Source: Octopus sinensis
Taxonomy: Eukaryota
Assembly (NCBI RefSeq): GCF_006345805.1
Contig: NC_043001.1
Location: 93,310,001-93,374,000, forward strand
DNA: 64,000 nucleotides
Reading direction: 5' to 3'
Below, in pieces: positions 26,797-39,428 of this stretch (within the stretch, counting starts at the first letter, position 1; every line of letters starts with the position of its first letter). Made by a program: the position numbers and the translations under genes. The notes below the pieces were generated by a model, which made no database searches, was not told where the DNA came from, and worked only from the letters and a program-made list of their open reading frames with translations.

Positions 26797-27716
26797 AAGG
26801 CGGCGAGCTGGCAGAATCATTAGCCCCCACCCTCCCGGCAAAATGTTTAGCGTCCGTCTTTACGTTCTGAGTTCAAATTCTGCAGAGGTCGTATTTACCA
26901 TTTATCCTTTCATGGTCGATTAAATTAACTAGCAGTTGAGCACTGCAATCGATGTAATCGCCTAATCTCCTTCCCCGGCAAAATTTCAGGCATTGCGCCT
27001 ATAATAGAAAGGATCATCTCTACTATAGACACAAGGTTTCATATTTGGAGGGACGGGGCTAGACGATTACATCAGCTGAAGCTCATAACTATTAGTTTAT
27101 TTTACTGATCCAGAAAGAATGAAAAGCAAATTGATCTTGACGAAATTAGAACTCAAAACGTTGAGTCGAAAGATACGTCTCTACGCATGGTATCTAAAGT
27201 GCTGGTGTCACTTCTAGTACACTGTCTTAGAATGGTTTCAAATTTTTTCACAAAGTCGCAATTTTTATTGAAGCGTTAATTCAATTATATTGAAGTCGAA
27301 ACTTCACTAGTATATTATTTGATCAACCTCGAAAGGTTAAAAGGTAACGTTAACCTATATAACATTTGAACCCAGAACTTAGAGATCTAGAAAAAAATAC
27401 TGCTATGCACTTTGTCCGGTATGCAGGCAATTCTGCGAGCTCTCTGCTTTATAATGATTTCAAATTTCTGAACAAGGCTGGTAATATTTTTTGCACAAGG
27501 CTCGTATTATTCTATGCACAAGGCCCGAAATCTTTGGGGAGGGAGGCCAGTAGATTAGATCGACCCCAGATCGCAACAGGTACTTAATTTATCGACCCCG
27601 AAAGGATGAAAGGCAAAGTCGACCTCGGCGGAATTTGAACTACGAACGTATCGACGAGCGAAATACCAATAAGCATTTCGTCCAGTGTGCTAGCGATTCT
27701 GCCAGCTCACCGCTTC
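26797..27716. mobile_element. Cluster of four family A SINEs: one plus (26797-27017), three minus (~27020-27190, ~27230-27450, ~27505-27716)
   Basis: Heads GGCGGCGAGCTGGCAGAA (plus) and TTCTGCCAGCTCACCGC (minus); B box GAGTTCAAATTC; shared core. Confidence 0.8.
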
Positions 27717-27732
27717 AATAATAATAATGATG

Positions 27733-27786
<54 letters not shown>

Positions 27787-27799
27787 TAATAATAATAAT

Positions 27800-28398
27800 A
27801 AATGCCCTGATGCAGTACCATAAATGCCCTGATGCAGTATAAATGCCCTGATGCAGTACCAGGCAATGGCTCTCATGGCTTCTGATCTTAACTGATTGGA
27901 AGTGTTATCATGTACATTGTTTTGTCTTGGTATAAAAGATGGGCTACAGCAAATATTCTGCTCAATACCACAGATTTGCTTGTCAGTTGTTTGACCTTAA
28001 CCAGTTGAGCATGTCCCTTAGTGGCTGACGATATGTGCATCTCTGATCACGAGCAGAAGTAGTGGGGGAGCATCATAGCCATGTGTTGAGAGGGATTCTT
28101 TGGGGTTTGAATAGTTCACCTCTGGAAACATGGGTGGTTCTTTCAACATCCTTAAACAACCCTTATTCAGGGACCGTTTGAGCGGGATGGGCTACTCAAC
28201 CTGAAGAAAATTCTAACTGGGCCCCACCTGCAAGGTCATGTGCTGTTTATCTTGATATGCGATCACCATGTCGCGCACATATGGTTGTGATGCATGTGCC
28301 TGGTGTGCCCTTATCAGACGGGTAGTCATGATGGGTATATTGGGCTTCGTATATTTTACCCCAGTGTCACTTTGATGGCATGAACTGCTCTCTCACTC
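27800..28398 (+). mobile_element. ~600-bp non-coding interspersed repeat embedded in (TAA)n, copy 1
   Basis: Flanked by (TAA)n on both sides; colinear with 58668-59164; left end AAATGCCCTGATGCAGTA triplicated. Orientation is inferred from the left-truncated second copy. Confidence 0.8.
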
Positions 28399-28414
28399 AA
28401 TAATAATAATAATA

Positions 28415-28454
<40 letters not shown>

Positions 28455-28455
<1 letters not shown>

Positions 28456-29062
28456 CCTTAGATTTACCCAAAATTAGTACAAGTTGTGGCGACACGACCA
28501 GGTAGCAAAAGTGCTACATTGGAAACTGTATGAAAAGTAGAGGCTAGAGAGAGTCAAGACGTGGTATGAGCACAAGTCACAGAGAGTGGCAGAATCGGAG
28601 ACTAGCAAAATCCTCTAGGATTTCTCAATCCAGATAGATCAGGTGCTAGAGCATAACAGACTGGATCTATTGGTGGTGGACAAAGTGCACCACATATACT
28701 ACATAGTTGATGTTGTATGCCTCTTTGACCCACGATTAGTCAAGAAGGAAGATGTAAAGAGAAATAGATACAATTCTCTTAAGTACGAAATAGTCCGCCT
28801 ATGGAAAATGAAGAAGGTGAAGATAGTGCCAATTATTGTTGAGTTCTTGGGAACAGTATCAGAAGGCATCAAGAAGAATATATAGGAAATTGAAATAGAG
28901 TGCCCAGTGAGAACTGTTACAAAAAGTTTGCGTCCTTGGCACGGCCAGAAGAATCAAGAAAGTACTAGATAACTGTAAAGAACGAATAGCATAGTACCTT
29001 AGGCTGCAGGTAGCAAGCCCGCTACGCCTGAAAGACTCCAGGAGCTCCAACAAAACCTGTGA
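28455..29062 (+). mobile_element. 5'-truncated R4/Dong-like non-LTR retrotransposon (restriction-like endonuclease region), decayed
   Basis: RHDQVAKVLHWKL..WYEHK..KIL*DFSIQIDQVLEHNRLDLLVVDK..KYEIVRLWKMKKVKIVPIIVEFLG..ELLQKVCVLGTARRIKKVLD. Begins directly after (TAA)n. Confidence 0.85.
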
Positions 29063-29678
29063 TAAAGAAAAAATAAGCTTTCTACGTTGGGCATAAGGCC
29101 TGAAATTTGGTGGAGGAGGCTGGTCGATTACATCGACCTCAGTACCCAACTGGTACTTATTATATCGGCTTCGAAAGGCACTTGAAATCAGAGCGTAAAG
29201 ACGGCGGTGCTCCAGTATGGCCAGTCAAATGACTGAAACAAGTAAAGGAGTAAAAGAGTGTCCCTCCATTTTGTTTCTTTGCTCTTCTACTCTCTCTCTC
29301 TCTCTCTTCCATCCCTCTTTCTCTCTTCCATCTCTTTCTCTCTATTTCTCTACCTCAACGCATGCGCACATGCAAGGGAATCAACAGAAACATTATCACC
29401 ACAAGAAAGAAACTATAAATTTCGCTTTTAACAGATCTGATCATCACTTATTTTCGGTTACTTGAATTTGTCATCATCATCATCATCTCCACCACCACCA
29501 TCACCTCTATGATTTGGTCAATTATTATTATTGTTATTGTTGTTGTTGTTATTATTATTATTGTTATGACTATTATTATTATTATTAATATTATTATTAT
29601 TATTATTATTATTGGTGCTGTTGCTAGCTGTGGTCGTATTTCGACCAGCACCATTATGATCATCATCATCATTAACAT

Positions 29679-29725
<47 letters not shown>

Positions 29726-30245
29726 TTACTAATTTTTGCTGCTGCTGCTGCTACAATGATTATAATAATAACAATTATTATTATTTGCTATTAATTATTT
29801 ATTATTTTAAATTAGTGGCTTTTATTTGGCATGACATTTACAAATTCTATGGAAAAATATTAAATTTCATTTCGTTAGAAATTAATTTTCATTAAACCGT
29901 TGCTATGAATTACTATTTAAAATGGCGATCGTAGAAAGTATAGGAAAAGCAGGCAATGTAGCTGTGCCAGGCTGTTCTGCGCAGGAGGCTGATATGCAGA
30001 TTGGGTTGTTTTTCTAAAATTGATTTAAAGCCTGGTGTATAAATGTTCATATACAGCGTATTATATAGAATAGCTTGGACCTCACTCATTGACATACATA
30101 TAGGAGCGAGAGAAGACATTATATTAATGCCTGTGTTTAGATAATTCAAATTTCTCTCTTATATATTAGTGATTTAAATATTTTTTTTAAAGCCAAATGA
30201 TGCAACTTAGAAAATATTGATAATACAGATTGACGGTTAGTAATA

Positions 30246-30284
30246 ATTTCCTGAAGGAGAGTGCTATGCCCGAAATATCGAAAT
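30246..30284 (+). ncRNA. Degenerate minimal hammerhead-like motif
   Basis: ATTTC-CTGAAGG-A-GAGT(GCTAT)GCCC-GAAAT-ATC-GAAAT: 5-bp stem I, palindromic ATAT stem III, eroded core and stem II. Confidence 0.3.
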
Positions 30285-30408
30285 ACCACGTGACAGCACT
30301 CACTATACATGTGTATTATTAAATTTTATATCTTGCATTGTTTTCGCTTAAGAAATGCTGAAAGCGCCCCCACCCCACTATACATATGTGTATAAATATA
30401 TATACGTT

Positions 30409-30486
<78 letters not shown>

Positions 30487-30629
30487 ATATATATATTATA
30501 TATAATATACATATATATATATTTTTATATATATATATATAATATAATTATAACATATATATATATATATATATATATCTATATATATATATATTATATA
30601 TATATATATATAATATAATATATATATAT

Positions 30630-30661
<32 letters not shown>

Positions 30662-30762
30662 CATATATACGTGTCTATATATATATATATACATATACAC
30701 AGAGGTTCACGCACACGCACATATATACATATATGTACACACACACATATATAAATATACCG

Positions 30763-31094
30763 TGGAGGCGCAATGGCTCGGTGGTTAGTGCAGCGGACTC
30801 GTGGTCGTACGATCGCGGTTTCGATTCCCAGACCGGGCATGGTGAATGTTCATTGAGCGAAAATACCTAAAACTCCCACGAGGTTCCGGCCTCGGGTGGT
30901 GGCGAACCCTGCTTTACTTTTTCACCACAATTTTTCTCTCTTCCTGTTTTTGTTTTCCTGTATTTCAAAGGCCCAGCCTTGTCGCACACTTTGTCACGCC
31001 GAATCTCCCCGAGAACTACGTTAAGGGGACACGTTTCTGTGGAGTGCTCAGCCACTTCCACGTTAATTTCACGAGCAGGCAATTCCGTTGATCA
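30763..31094 (+). mobile_element. tRNA-derived SINE, family C
   Basis: Head GGAGGCGCAATGGCTCGTGGTTAG (A box) ... GGTTTCGATTCCC (B box), followed by a GC-rich body. Not a foldable tRNA. Confidence 0.8.
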
Positions 31095-31490
31095 CACTAT
31101 ATATTCGTTCTTCACTCGTTTATTTTTGTTCTTATTTTATTCTTATGTCCATTGTCATGATATATTTTTTTCACACATCTGTATCCTCATCAGCGACTCT
31201 TACATCCACATCTTTCCTCTTGGTCTATTTAGTCCATTCTGTCTCTCAGTGATTTGAATCCTTATATGCGCATGCGTTTGCGTCACACACATCATAGAGA
31301 GATTGGAGTAAACAGAACAGGGGGAAACACGTGGATAGAAGATTCTCTAAATAAGTTACAGATGCATGACGAAAGATTTCCAGTCAGTAGTCGTCAGATA
31401 AAATAAGAACAATAATAAACGAGAGCAGGACGAATACAAACCAATATGACGCAGAGTTAAGCTGTTAGTTAAATTAGAATATTCGGTTTT

Positions 31491-31696
31491 TTATTCTTTT
31501 ACTTGTTTCAGTCATTTGACTGCTGCCATGCTGGAGCTCCACCTTAAAGTGTTTTAGTCGAACAAATCGACATCGGAACTTATTTTTATGCGTAGTACTT
31601 ATTCAATCGGTCTCTTTTGCTGAATCGCTAAGTTACGGGGGACATAAACACACCAGCATCGGTTGTCAAGCAATGCTAGGGAGACAAACACAGACA

Positions 31697-31738
<42 letters not shown>

Positions 31739-31932
31739 ACACACACACACATACATATATATACATATATACGACGGGTTTCTTTCTGTTTCCGCCTACC
31801 AAATCCAGTCCCAAGACTTTAATCAGCCCAAGGCTAGAGTAGAAGACACTTGACCAAGACTCCACGCAGTGGGACTGAACCCGGAGCCATGTGGTTGGTA
31901 AGCAAGCTACTTACCACACAGCCACTCCTGCG

Positions 31933-31933
<1 letters not shown>
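31491..31933 (-). mobile_element. tRNA-derived SINE, family B
   Basis: Colinear with the other family B copies; internal (CA)n. Confidence 0.9.
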
Positions 31934-31975
<42 letters not shown>

Positions 31976-31986
31976 GATATATGTAT

Positions 31987-32019
<33 letters not shown>

Positions 32020-32021
32020 TG

Positions 32022-32115
<94 letters not shown>

Positions 32116-32190
32116 TATATATATATATTATATATATATATATATATATAATATATATATATATTATATATATATATATATTATATATAA

Positions 32191-32405
32191 GGCAAGCTGG
32201 CAGAAACGTTAGCGCGCCGGGCGAAATGCTTAGCGGTATTTCGTCTGCCGCTATGTTCTGAGTTCAAATTCCACCAAGGTCGACTTTGTCTTCCATCCTT
32301 TCGGGGTCGATTAAATAAGTACCAGTTACGCACTGGGGTCAATGTAATCGACCTAATCCGTGTGTCTGTCCTTGTTTGTCCTCTCTGTGTTTAGCCCCTT
32401 GTGGA
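32191..32405 (+). mobile_element. Family A SINE
   Basis: GGCAAGCTGGCAGAAACGTTAGCGCGCCGGGCGAAATGCTTAGCGGTATTTCG..GAGTTCAAATTCC..CCCCTTGTGG. Confidence 0.9.
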
Positions 32406-32545
32406 TATATATATAATATTTTATTCATTAAATGCAATAAGAACTCTGTTAGAGAAAATATACGCCTAATGGACTAATTGCTCTCAGTCATGTTTAATAT
32501 GCAATGTCTAAATCAGTGTTGATTTAAAGAAAAAAAAAGGAGAAT

Positions 32546-32783
32546 GAATACCTATTTCTTTATTACCCACAAGGGGCTACACACAGAGGGGACAAACAAG
32601 GACAGACATAGGTATTAAGTCGATTACATCGACCCCAGTGTGTAACTGGTACTTTATTTATCGACCCGAGAGGATGAAAGGCAAAGTCGACCCCGGCGGA
32701 AATTGAACTCAGAACGTAACGACAGACGAAATACCGCTAAGTATTTCGTCCGGCGCGCTAACGTTTCTGCCAGCTCGCCGCCT
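32546..32783 (-). mobile_element. Full-length family A SINE with 16-bp TSD
   Basis: Direct repeat AAGGAGAATGAATACC at 32537-32552 and 32787-32802. Confidence 0.92.
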
Positions 32784-33955
32784 TATAAGGAGAATGAATA
32801 CCGAAGAGCATTATTGTACGATCATAGACAACGAACATTTTTCGTAGAAAACAATGGAATGAAATCTATGCGAAAGAAATTAAGGTGAAAGAAGGTGACG
32901 GGTGTGGATCAGCTTAAAGTCCGCCATATGTCATAAAAGCCTACCACGCTATGGCAACTAGTGTTAATAAATGATACGCGTGGACAGAAAGACAAGGAAC
33001 AGCTCTATATGACGAAGTACTCAAACTGGTTATCCATTTTATTGCTATAAACTTCTCACAGCTGCAACGTATACGAAAAAAAACATAAAAACTCTAATCT
33101 TTTCCCCGTCGGGCATTACTATCCTATGTGTTGTGTCCTTCTTTAGCTATAAATGACCTTGATAATTGGTGTCAGACATGCATATCATGCGTATATGGAA
33201 GTCAGATTCATGGACGTAATAGAAATGTTTTAATGTAGTTGGTACGGAACGTACACACGGTTCATAAAATGTATAACCTGTGGCTATGCAGTTCTGACAA
33301 GGTCAAACGCTGCATCATGAGTAACTTCATTCCCTCACTGCGGTTACATTAATTTAACTAAAAATAAATTCTCCTTTATTTTCCCCAGAAAGACAATAAA
33401 AAAGAAATGAATAAATGTTTTGCCGTGAAATAAAAATGATTCACTATCGATTATTTCTAACTACCACGCCTCCATCTAAAAACAGAAGAATAATATTACG
33501 GAAACTTTTTCGGTTGTTTCCGTAGTTTACACGTGAGACTTTAGAAAAAAAAAGAAAAAGAAATAAAAAAAAACTGCTGAGGTAAAGTCAAAGTTCAGAG
33601 GTTAAGTCTAGAGCTAAGATACATCAATTGAAAAACAAGATCTATTAAAAACACTGACGAAGTAGTTTATCGCGGCCATTAGTACTGTAGATGTATCATC
33701 ATTCATGAGATCGTTTAACTTCATCCTCTTGGCAACGCTGAGATCAACAACAATGATATATGTGTGTGCACATACGTACATACATACATACATACATACA
33801 CACATACATACATTTACACACACACACATATAAAGGTGTATATATACATATATGCATATGAATGCGGGCATATCTGTATGCATGTATATTCGTGTACTCT
33901 TATGCACATATATATACACATTTATTTATACTATTCATTTTACAGATATATTCAA

Positions 33956-34052
<97 letters not shown>

Positions 34053-34120
34053 CTTACCTACCTACCTACCTACATACCTACCTACCTACCTACCTATCTA
34101 TCTATCTATCTATCTATCTA

Positions 34121-34157
<37 letters not shown>

Positions 34158-34533
34158 GAGTCAGCGAGTCTGTCTGCCTGTGGGTCTGTATACCAAACAG
34201 TTATTAAATAAATATGCGTGATAAAACTATTGATTTGATAAAGAGACAGAATTGTATATTTTTCAGCAATTTATATTTAACTGCGTGCGTCTTGTGATCA
34301 AATGTTGCTTACGTTATCTTACTTTTAAAGTCTGGTATGTTCTAAGTTCATATCGAGTCATAGTTAACAGTACCTTTAATTGTTTCTTGGTCGATAGATT
34401 ATTGTATCACTGAAGCATTGGGATAAACGTATTTTCGTATGATGCATCATAGATGTGAAAGAGAAATTATAACAGAAGGTTAATAGTGGGTCGAACTAAT
34501 AATAAAACTCATTAATATACAGAGACTAACAAA

Positions 34534-34633
34534 NNNNNNNNNNNNNNNNNNNNNNNNNNNNNNNNNNNNNNNNNNNNNNNNNNNNNNNNNNNNNNNNNNN
34601 NNNNNNNNNNNNNNNNNNNNNNNNNNNNNNNNN
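34534..34633. other. Assembly gap (100 N)
   Basis: Exactly 100 Ns, typical of a scaffolding gap of unknown true size. Contiguity across it is uncertain. Confidence 0.99.
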
Positions 34634-34903
34634 CATATATTATATGTACATGCTTACATAACGCATATTATAACCATATAAACGAGAATACATACTTACG
34701 TATATTATGAATGTATTTATGTATGTATTATAGTAGTATGTATTTATGTATGTTATTTATCTATCTATTTGTATATATATGTAGAATGTTTGCTAGTTCA
34801 TACACGACTTCGTCTTTGTTTTCTATAAATTTCACATGTTTTCTATATACTCTCACATGTATTTGAATATGTATGCCTGTATGATCTGTATATTTGAACT
34901 TTA

Positions 34904-34975
<72 letters not shown>

Positions 34976-34984
34976 ATCTATCTG

Positions 34985-35015
<31 letters not shown>

Positions 35016-35089
35016 ATATATCATATATATATATATGTGGTGTGTGTGTTTAGGCAATCTTATTTGCACACCATAGGTTTAATTGCTGG

Positions 35090-36520
35090 AATATATTGAA
35101 TATTTACACAGAATCCCCTTAAATCTAATTTCTTAAGAAGTCATGCTGTTTCTGGTTATTGTTAAGTCCAGCTCTCCAAGTTTGGCCCTGAAGCAATTAG
35201 TTATATAAACCAGTGTCTCAATAGTTGAAGGTAACTATTTGAATTCATAGGTCGGCTGTAATATACGTGTAGATCTCTCAATAGTTCAGCACATATGTTT
35301 TTGTTTGCAGTTGCCTTATGTTTACAGTTGCTATAATCTTGATTTCTGATCCTGTTCACACTTTCTTTTCTCTTTACCCAATTGTTATGCTTACAATGAA
35401 CAGAACATTCCACTTACATCATTTTGTAGTGTGGATGAATATATCTTCTACATCACAGCATCCTTTCTAATATATAGTCTTCATGCATCTTTTTTTTATA
35501 TATGGTTATATATTTCATTCTCTAGAACTATCATATATACGCATTACATTCCACTTGTGTGTATCAGATGTGTTATTATTCTCTGATCTTGGTTCGCTAA
35601 TAAATATTATTTAAGGAGAAAGTTAATGCACTTATTGTTGATCCATGACAACCCATAATACTGTCATTCTCAAGTTTTTTGTCACCATAGGCAAATATAA
35701 CTTACCGCTGATAAGCAGAAAGTCTTTTCTCATCTGTTCTCTTACCATGCATACACATAGCATTAAGCTCGAAGCTCTTGTTACTAGCTTGGAGATGATT
35801 GTTTTTGAGGGACTATTTTCCGTATTTCATAAGTCATTTTTCCTCCTACATTTAAACTTGAATCACGGATGCACTTCAACATTTTCTGCTTTATAAACGC
35901 TCTTGAAGATAAAGTTGGCGGCATTTAGAGGCTGTCATTGATTCGGATCTCAACAAGCGTGGTATGGAGTGGTGCAGATTTGTGAAGAATGCTTATTAAT
36001 ACAACAAATATATTGTAGGACATTGCTTAATGTAGAAATCATTTAGGAGCATGGTTTTAGTGAGTTCTTTTGTTTCTGGCTACGCGCTCCTTCTTACCAG
36101 TTTCTTGTTACGAGATATTTTTATCCTTAAATACCTGTTGTTCCCTAATCGAATATCAGCCAGTCAGACCGTTGATAAGAATGTCACTTGACTGGAATCT
36201 TTTCCTTTCGATTTATAAACAATACAATCATTTTCCATGTTAAACCTTATCACCTAGCCCTTGAGAATATAGCGATCAATCAAAGCTCATCTTCGTACAA
36301 TTCATAGTTTTGGTGTATGCATTCATGTTGTTTACACTTCTCTTATGAGACCCTTTAAATATTAGCAGTTATAGAGGAATAAGTGTTTCAGCACAAGTAT
36401 ATACATTATTAAAGGGCAAATAACTCTTTGAAATTTACTCCTGAAATACTCCATCCTATCAAGGACAATAGAATTACTATTGAAATTCAAGAATGGTGAA
36501 TCAGGACAAAGTCAGACTGT
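35090..36520 (-). pseudogene. Heavily decayed RT plus restriction-like endonuclease ORF of an R4/Dong-like non-LTR retrotransposon
   Basis: Minus-strand fragments in the expected order: YFRSKFQRVICPLIMYILVLKHL (GIFQGD region), RYLRIKIS (KYLG region), CKHNNW, KNICAELLRDL, YEFK*LPSTIETLVYITNCFRAKLGEL (C-terminus). Many stops and frameshifts; alignment done from memory. Confidence 0.55.
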
Positions 36521-37154
36521 TGACGACCTATTTTTAATGGTCTCTACAAGTGTAGCTAGAAGTACGCCTCTAGTGGGGAACGGAATTGAATGATTTCACG
36601 TAATCTAGTCAGACTGTAACCAATTTTTTCGCACTTTGTCGTCATATCTCTGACATCATAGCTTTGTTTGATTTAGTTGTTCAATACATTCTTAAACCCT
36701 TTCCTTCCCAGCTGTTCATATGTACGTTTGTGCACGCGCAACACACATTCACTCACATGCACATACACGTATATATTCACGTACAGTACATATATAAGCT
36801 GGAAGAAATATTGATAAGAATATATAGAGACGATTACAATGAAAGCTTGCAAGATCATTCCACAGAGAGATTGAAAATAGCTTGACAGATAAGAGAAAAA
36901 CGATCACTGGTAGGAGACACCTAAAGAAAGAGTGAGAGAGTGGGAAGAGAAATGGAGAGAGATAGGGAGAGATGGGCAGATGAGGAAAGAAAGGGAGAAG
37001 AGAGGAGAGAGAGATTGAAATCGAAAGTGAAAAGAGAATAGATGAATACAGAAAAGCATGAAAGGCATACAAAAATAGATGTGGAAAGAATAGATGGGAA
37101 CAATGACGTGTTGCGTACACGTGTGTATGTGTGTGATTGTACGTCTGTGTGTGT

Positions 37155-37192
<38 letters not shown>

Positions 37193-37817
37193 ACAGAGAA
37201 AGGGACGGAAGTAGAAAGGGGAAAAGAGTAAAATGACACAGACATTGGAGGTGAAAGGGACAAAAAAAAAAGAGAGAAAAAGGAAAAAAAAAAACGGGAA
37301 CGAAGTGATTTACTTGTAAAATGTATTTGTTCATTGTTATGTATACGTTCGTACATGCATATTTTATGCCTATGTGCCTGTGTGTAATTATGTTTGTGTA
37401 ATTGTATATTCGGTTGTGTGCGTGTATGTGTGAGCAACCATGTGATTTGGGCCACTACCGTCGCATGCAACGTATAAAACAAAGAATTAATCTCAAAGAT
37501 ATTTTTTTCTACTTCAATCCTACTACTTTAGAAGTACTTTGTAGTGTTATTCTTATAGTGTTTGTTGTTGCCGTTATTGTTGTTGCAGTTACTGCTACTA
37601 TTGTTGTTGGTGTTGTTGTTGTTGTTGGAAAATGTATAAACAAGATAAAGAAATAAATTTGACAGGCATCAGATCAAGGAAGAGGTCAAAGCCGAAGAAT
37701 AGATATGAGTTTAGTGAATGACTTAGTAAACGATGGATGAAGAATGAGCTGAAGAAGCAAGGGAGACGGCGTAGGGACGAAGAAGGAAGTAGAAGATATA
37801 CATACACACACACACAT

Positions 37818-37848
<31 letters not shown>

Positions 37849-38051
37849 CATATAAATGCCTAAATACATACACACATACATGCATAAATAGATGCATACA
37901 TAATACATACATCATACGTATATACGTACATACATACACATATACACACACATATGTATATATAGATGCGTTTATGTGTGTATATGTGTGTACGATAGAA
38001 TTAGACAGTTTAGTGAAGCTGAGTTTTAACGAATATGTGAGTGGAATATAT

Positions 38052-38095
<44 letters not shown>

Positions 38096-38334
38096 TAGAT
38101 ATATATATATATATAATATATATATATATTCAGTGTTCAGAGGTATTGGCGAATTTTGATATACACACACTCTCATAGATGAATATGTGTGTGCATGTTT
38201 ATGTGTGTATGTGTATTCATCTATACACGTGTTGCATGTGTCTGTATATATTATGCATACAGATGCGTGCGTGTATAGACACGCATACAAACCACGCAAC
38301 ACAAATATATACATACACATACACATATTAATAT

Positions 38335-38397
<63 letters not shown>

Positions 38398-38531
38398 ATA
38401 TATTCCTATGTCTGCAACTGTCATGCCGGATTTGATTCCTAAGGCTTTACGGACCAAAAACTTCCACAAAGATTTCTCTGTATATTACAGTTGTGATTTG
38501 TCATTGATCTCCTCTGGAATTTAATTTCTTG

Positions 38532-38553
38532 CCAATGAGGGGGCGGTATAAAA
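38532..38553 (+). promoter_or_regulatory. Compact CCAAT / GC-box / TATA motif cluster
   Basis: CCAAT (38532-36), GGGGGCGG (38539-46) and TATAAAA (38547-53) lie back to back. No transcript evidence. Confidence 0.3.
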
Positions 38554-38715
38554 CTAGGTTACCTATTTACAGCTACGCGAACTGGGCCATTGGGTGTTAT
38601 TTATTCTTTTCACATACTCTACGGGTTTTCGAAGCATAAAGACAGAACCTTCAGTTCTCTGGTATATGTCGGCAGCGTGTTTCGTTTCCTGAATTGCCTT
38701 TTAATATATGTTTGC

Positions 38716-38746
<31 letters not shown>

Positions 38747-39337
38747 TGTATGTATGTATGTATGTATGTGTCTATGTGTGTGTGCGCGCGTATGTATGTA
38801 TGTTGATATATTCCCTTTTAATTTTACTCAGATCTTCCTCTAAGGAATAACCAAGTTTCTAATAAAGATACAAAGCCCTGTCGTTGGAATGTAGGTAATA
38901 GAAGCAAGCCCACATTTTAAACTTGAGAGATGTCTTATATATTTATGTTGTTCCACTTACAGGTTATATTTTTAACGTGCAAATTGGCTAGTTGATTCCT
39001 TTTTCTGAAAACCCTAGCTTATCGAGAATGTCAGTGAGGCATTTGCTCAGAAAACGAGATGCACCTGTTGATATTGGTATAAATGTAAATATATAATATG
39101 GGGGTTTCGAAGCAGTTTTCCGTAGTTATCTCATGTATGTATGTATGCATGTATGTATATACATATGGATGTAAGTAAGTACCTATGTATGCATATATGT
39201 GTGCCTGTATGTACGTATATGCGTACATTACATATTTCCTATATATAATGTATAAAATGAAGTCAATGGTATTGCGAATGCATTTCCTACGCTCACACTG
39301 TTGAAAGGATCCGGAGTGGATTTTGGTAACGGGCACT

Positions 39338-39428
<91 letters not shown>

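Noticed and set aside
27800-27860. Short direct repeats as a possible CRISPR-like array (also 18917-18982 and 44029-44078)
   Set aside because: Only three units, no unique spacers, eukaryotic context, no cas genes.
30763-30840. tRNA-like sequence (also 52040-52110)
   Set aside because: A and B boxes are present but no acceptor stem or cloverleaf, and the sequence continues into a SINE body.
38385-38470. Minus-strand peptide KALGIKSGMTVADIG resembling a SAM-methyltransferase motif; plus-strand SYVCNCHAGF resembling an EGF tail
   Set aside because: Both are short, run into a TA repeat or a stop, and lack suitable splice sites. Likely coincidence.
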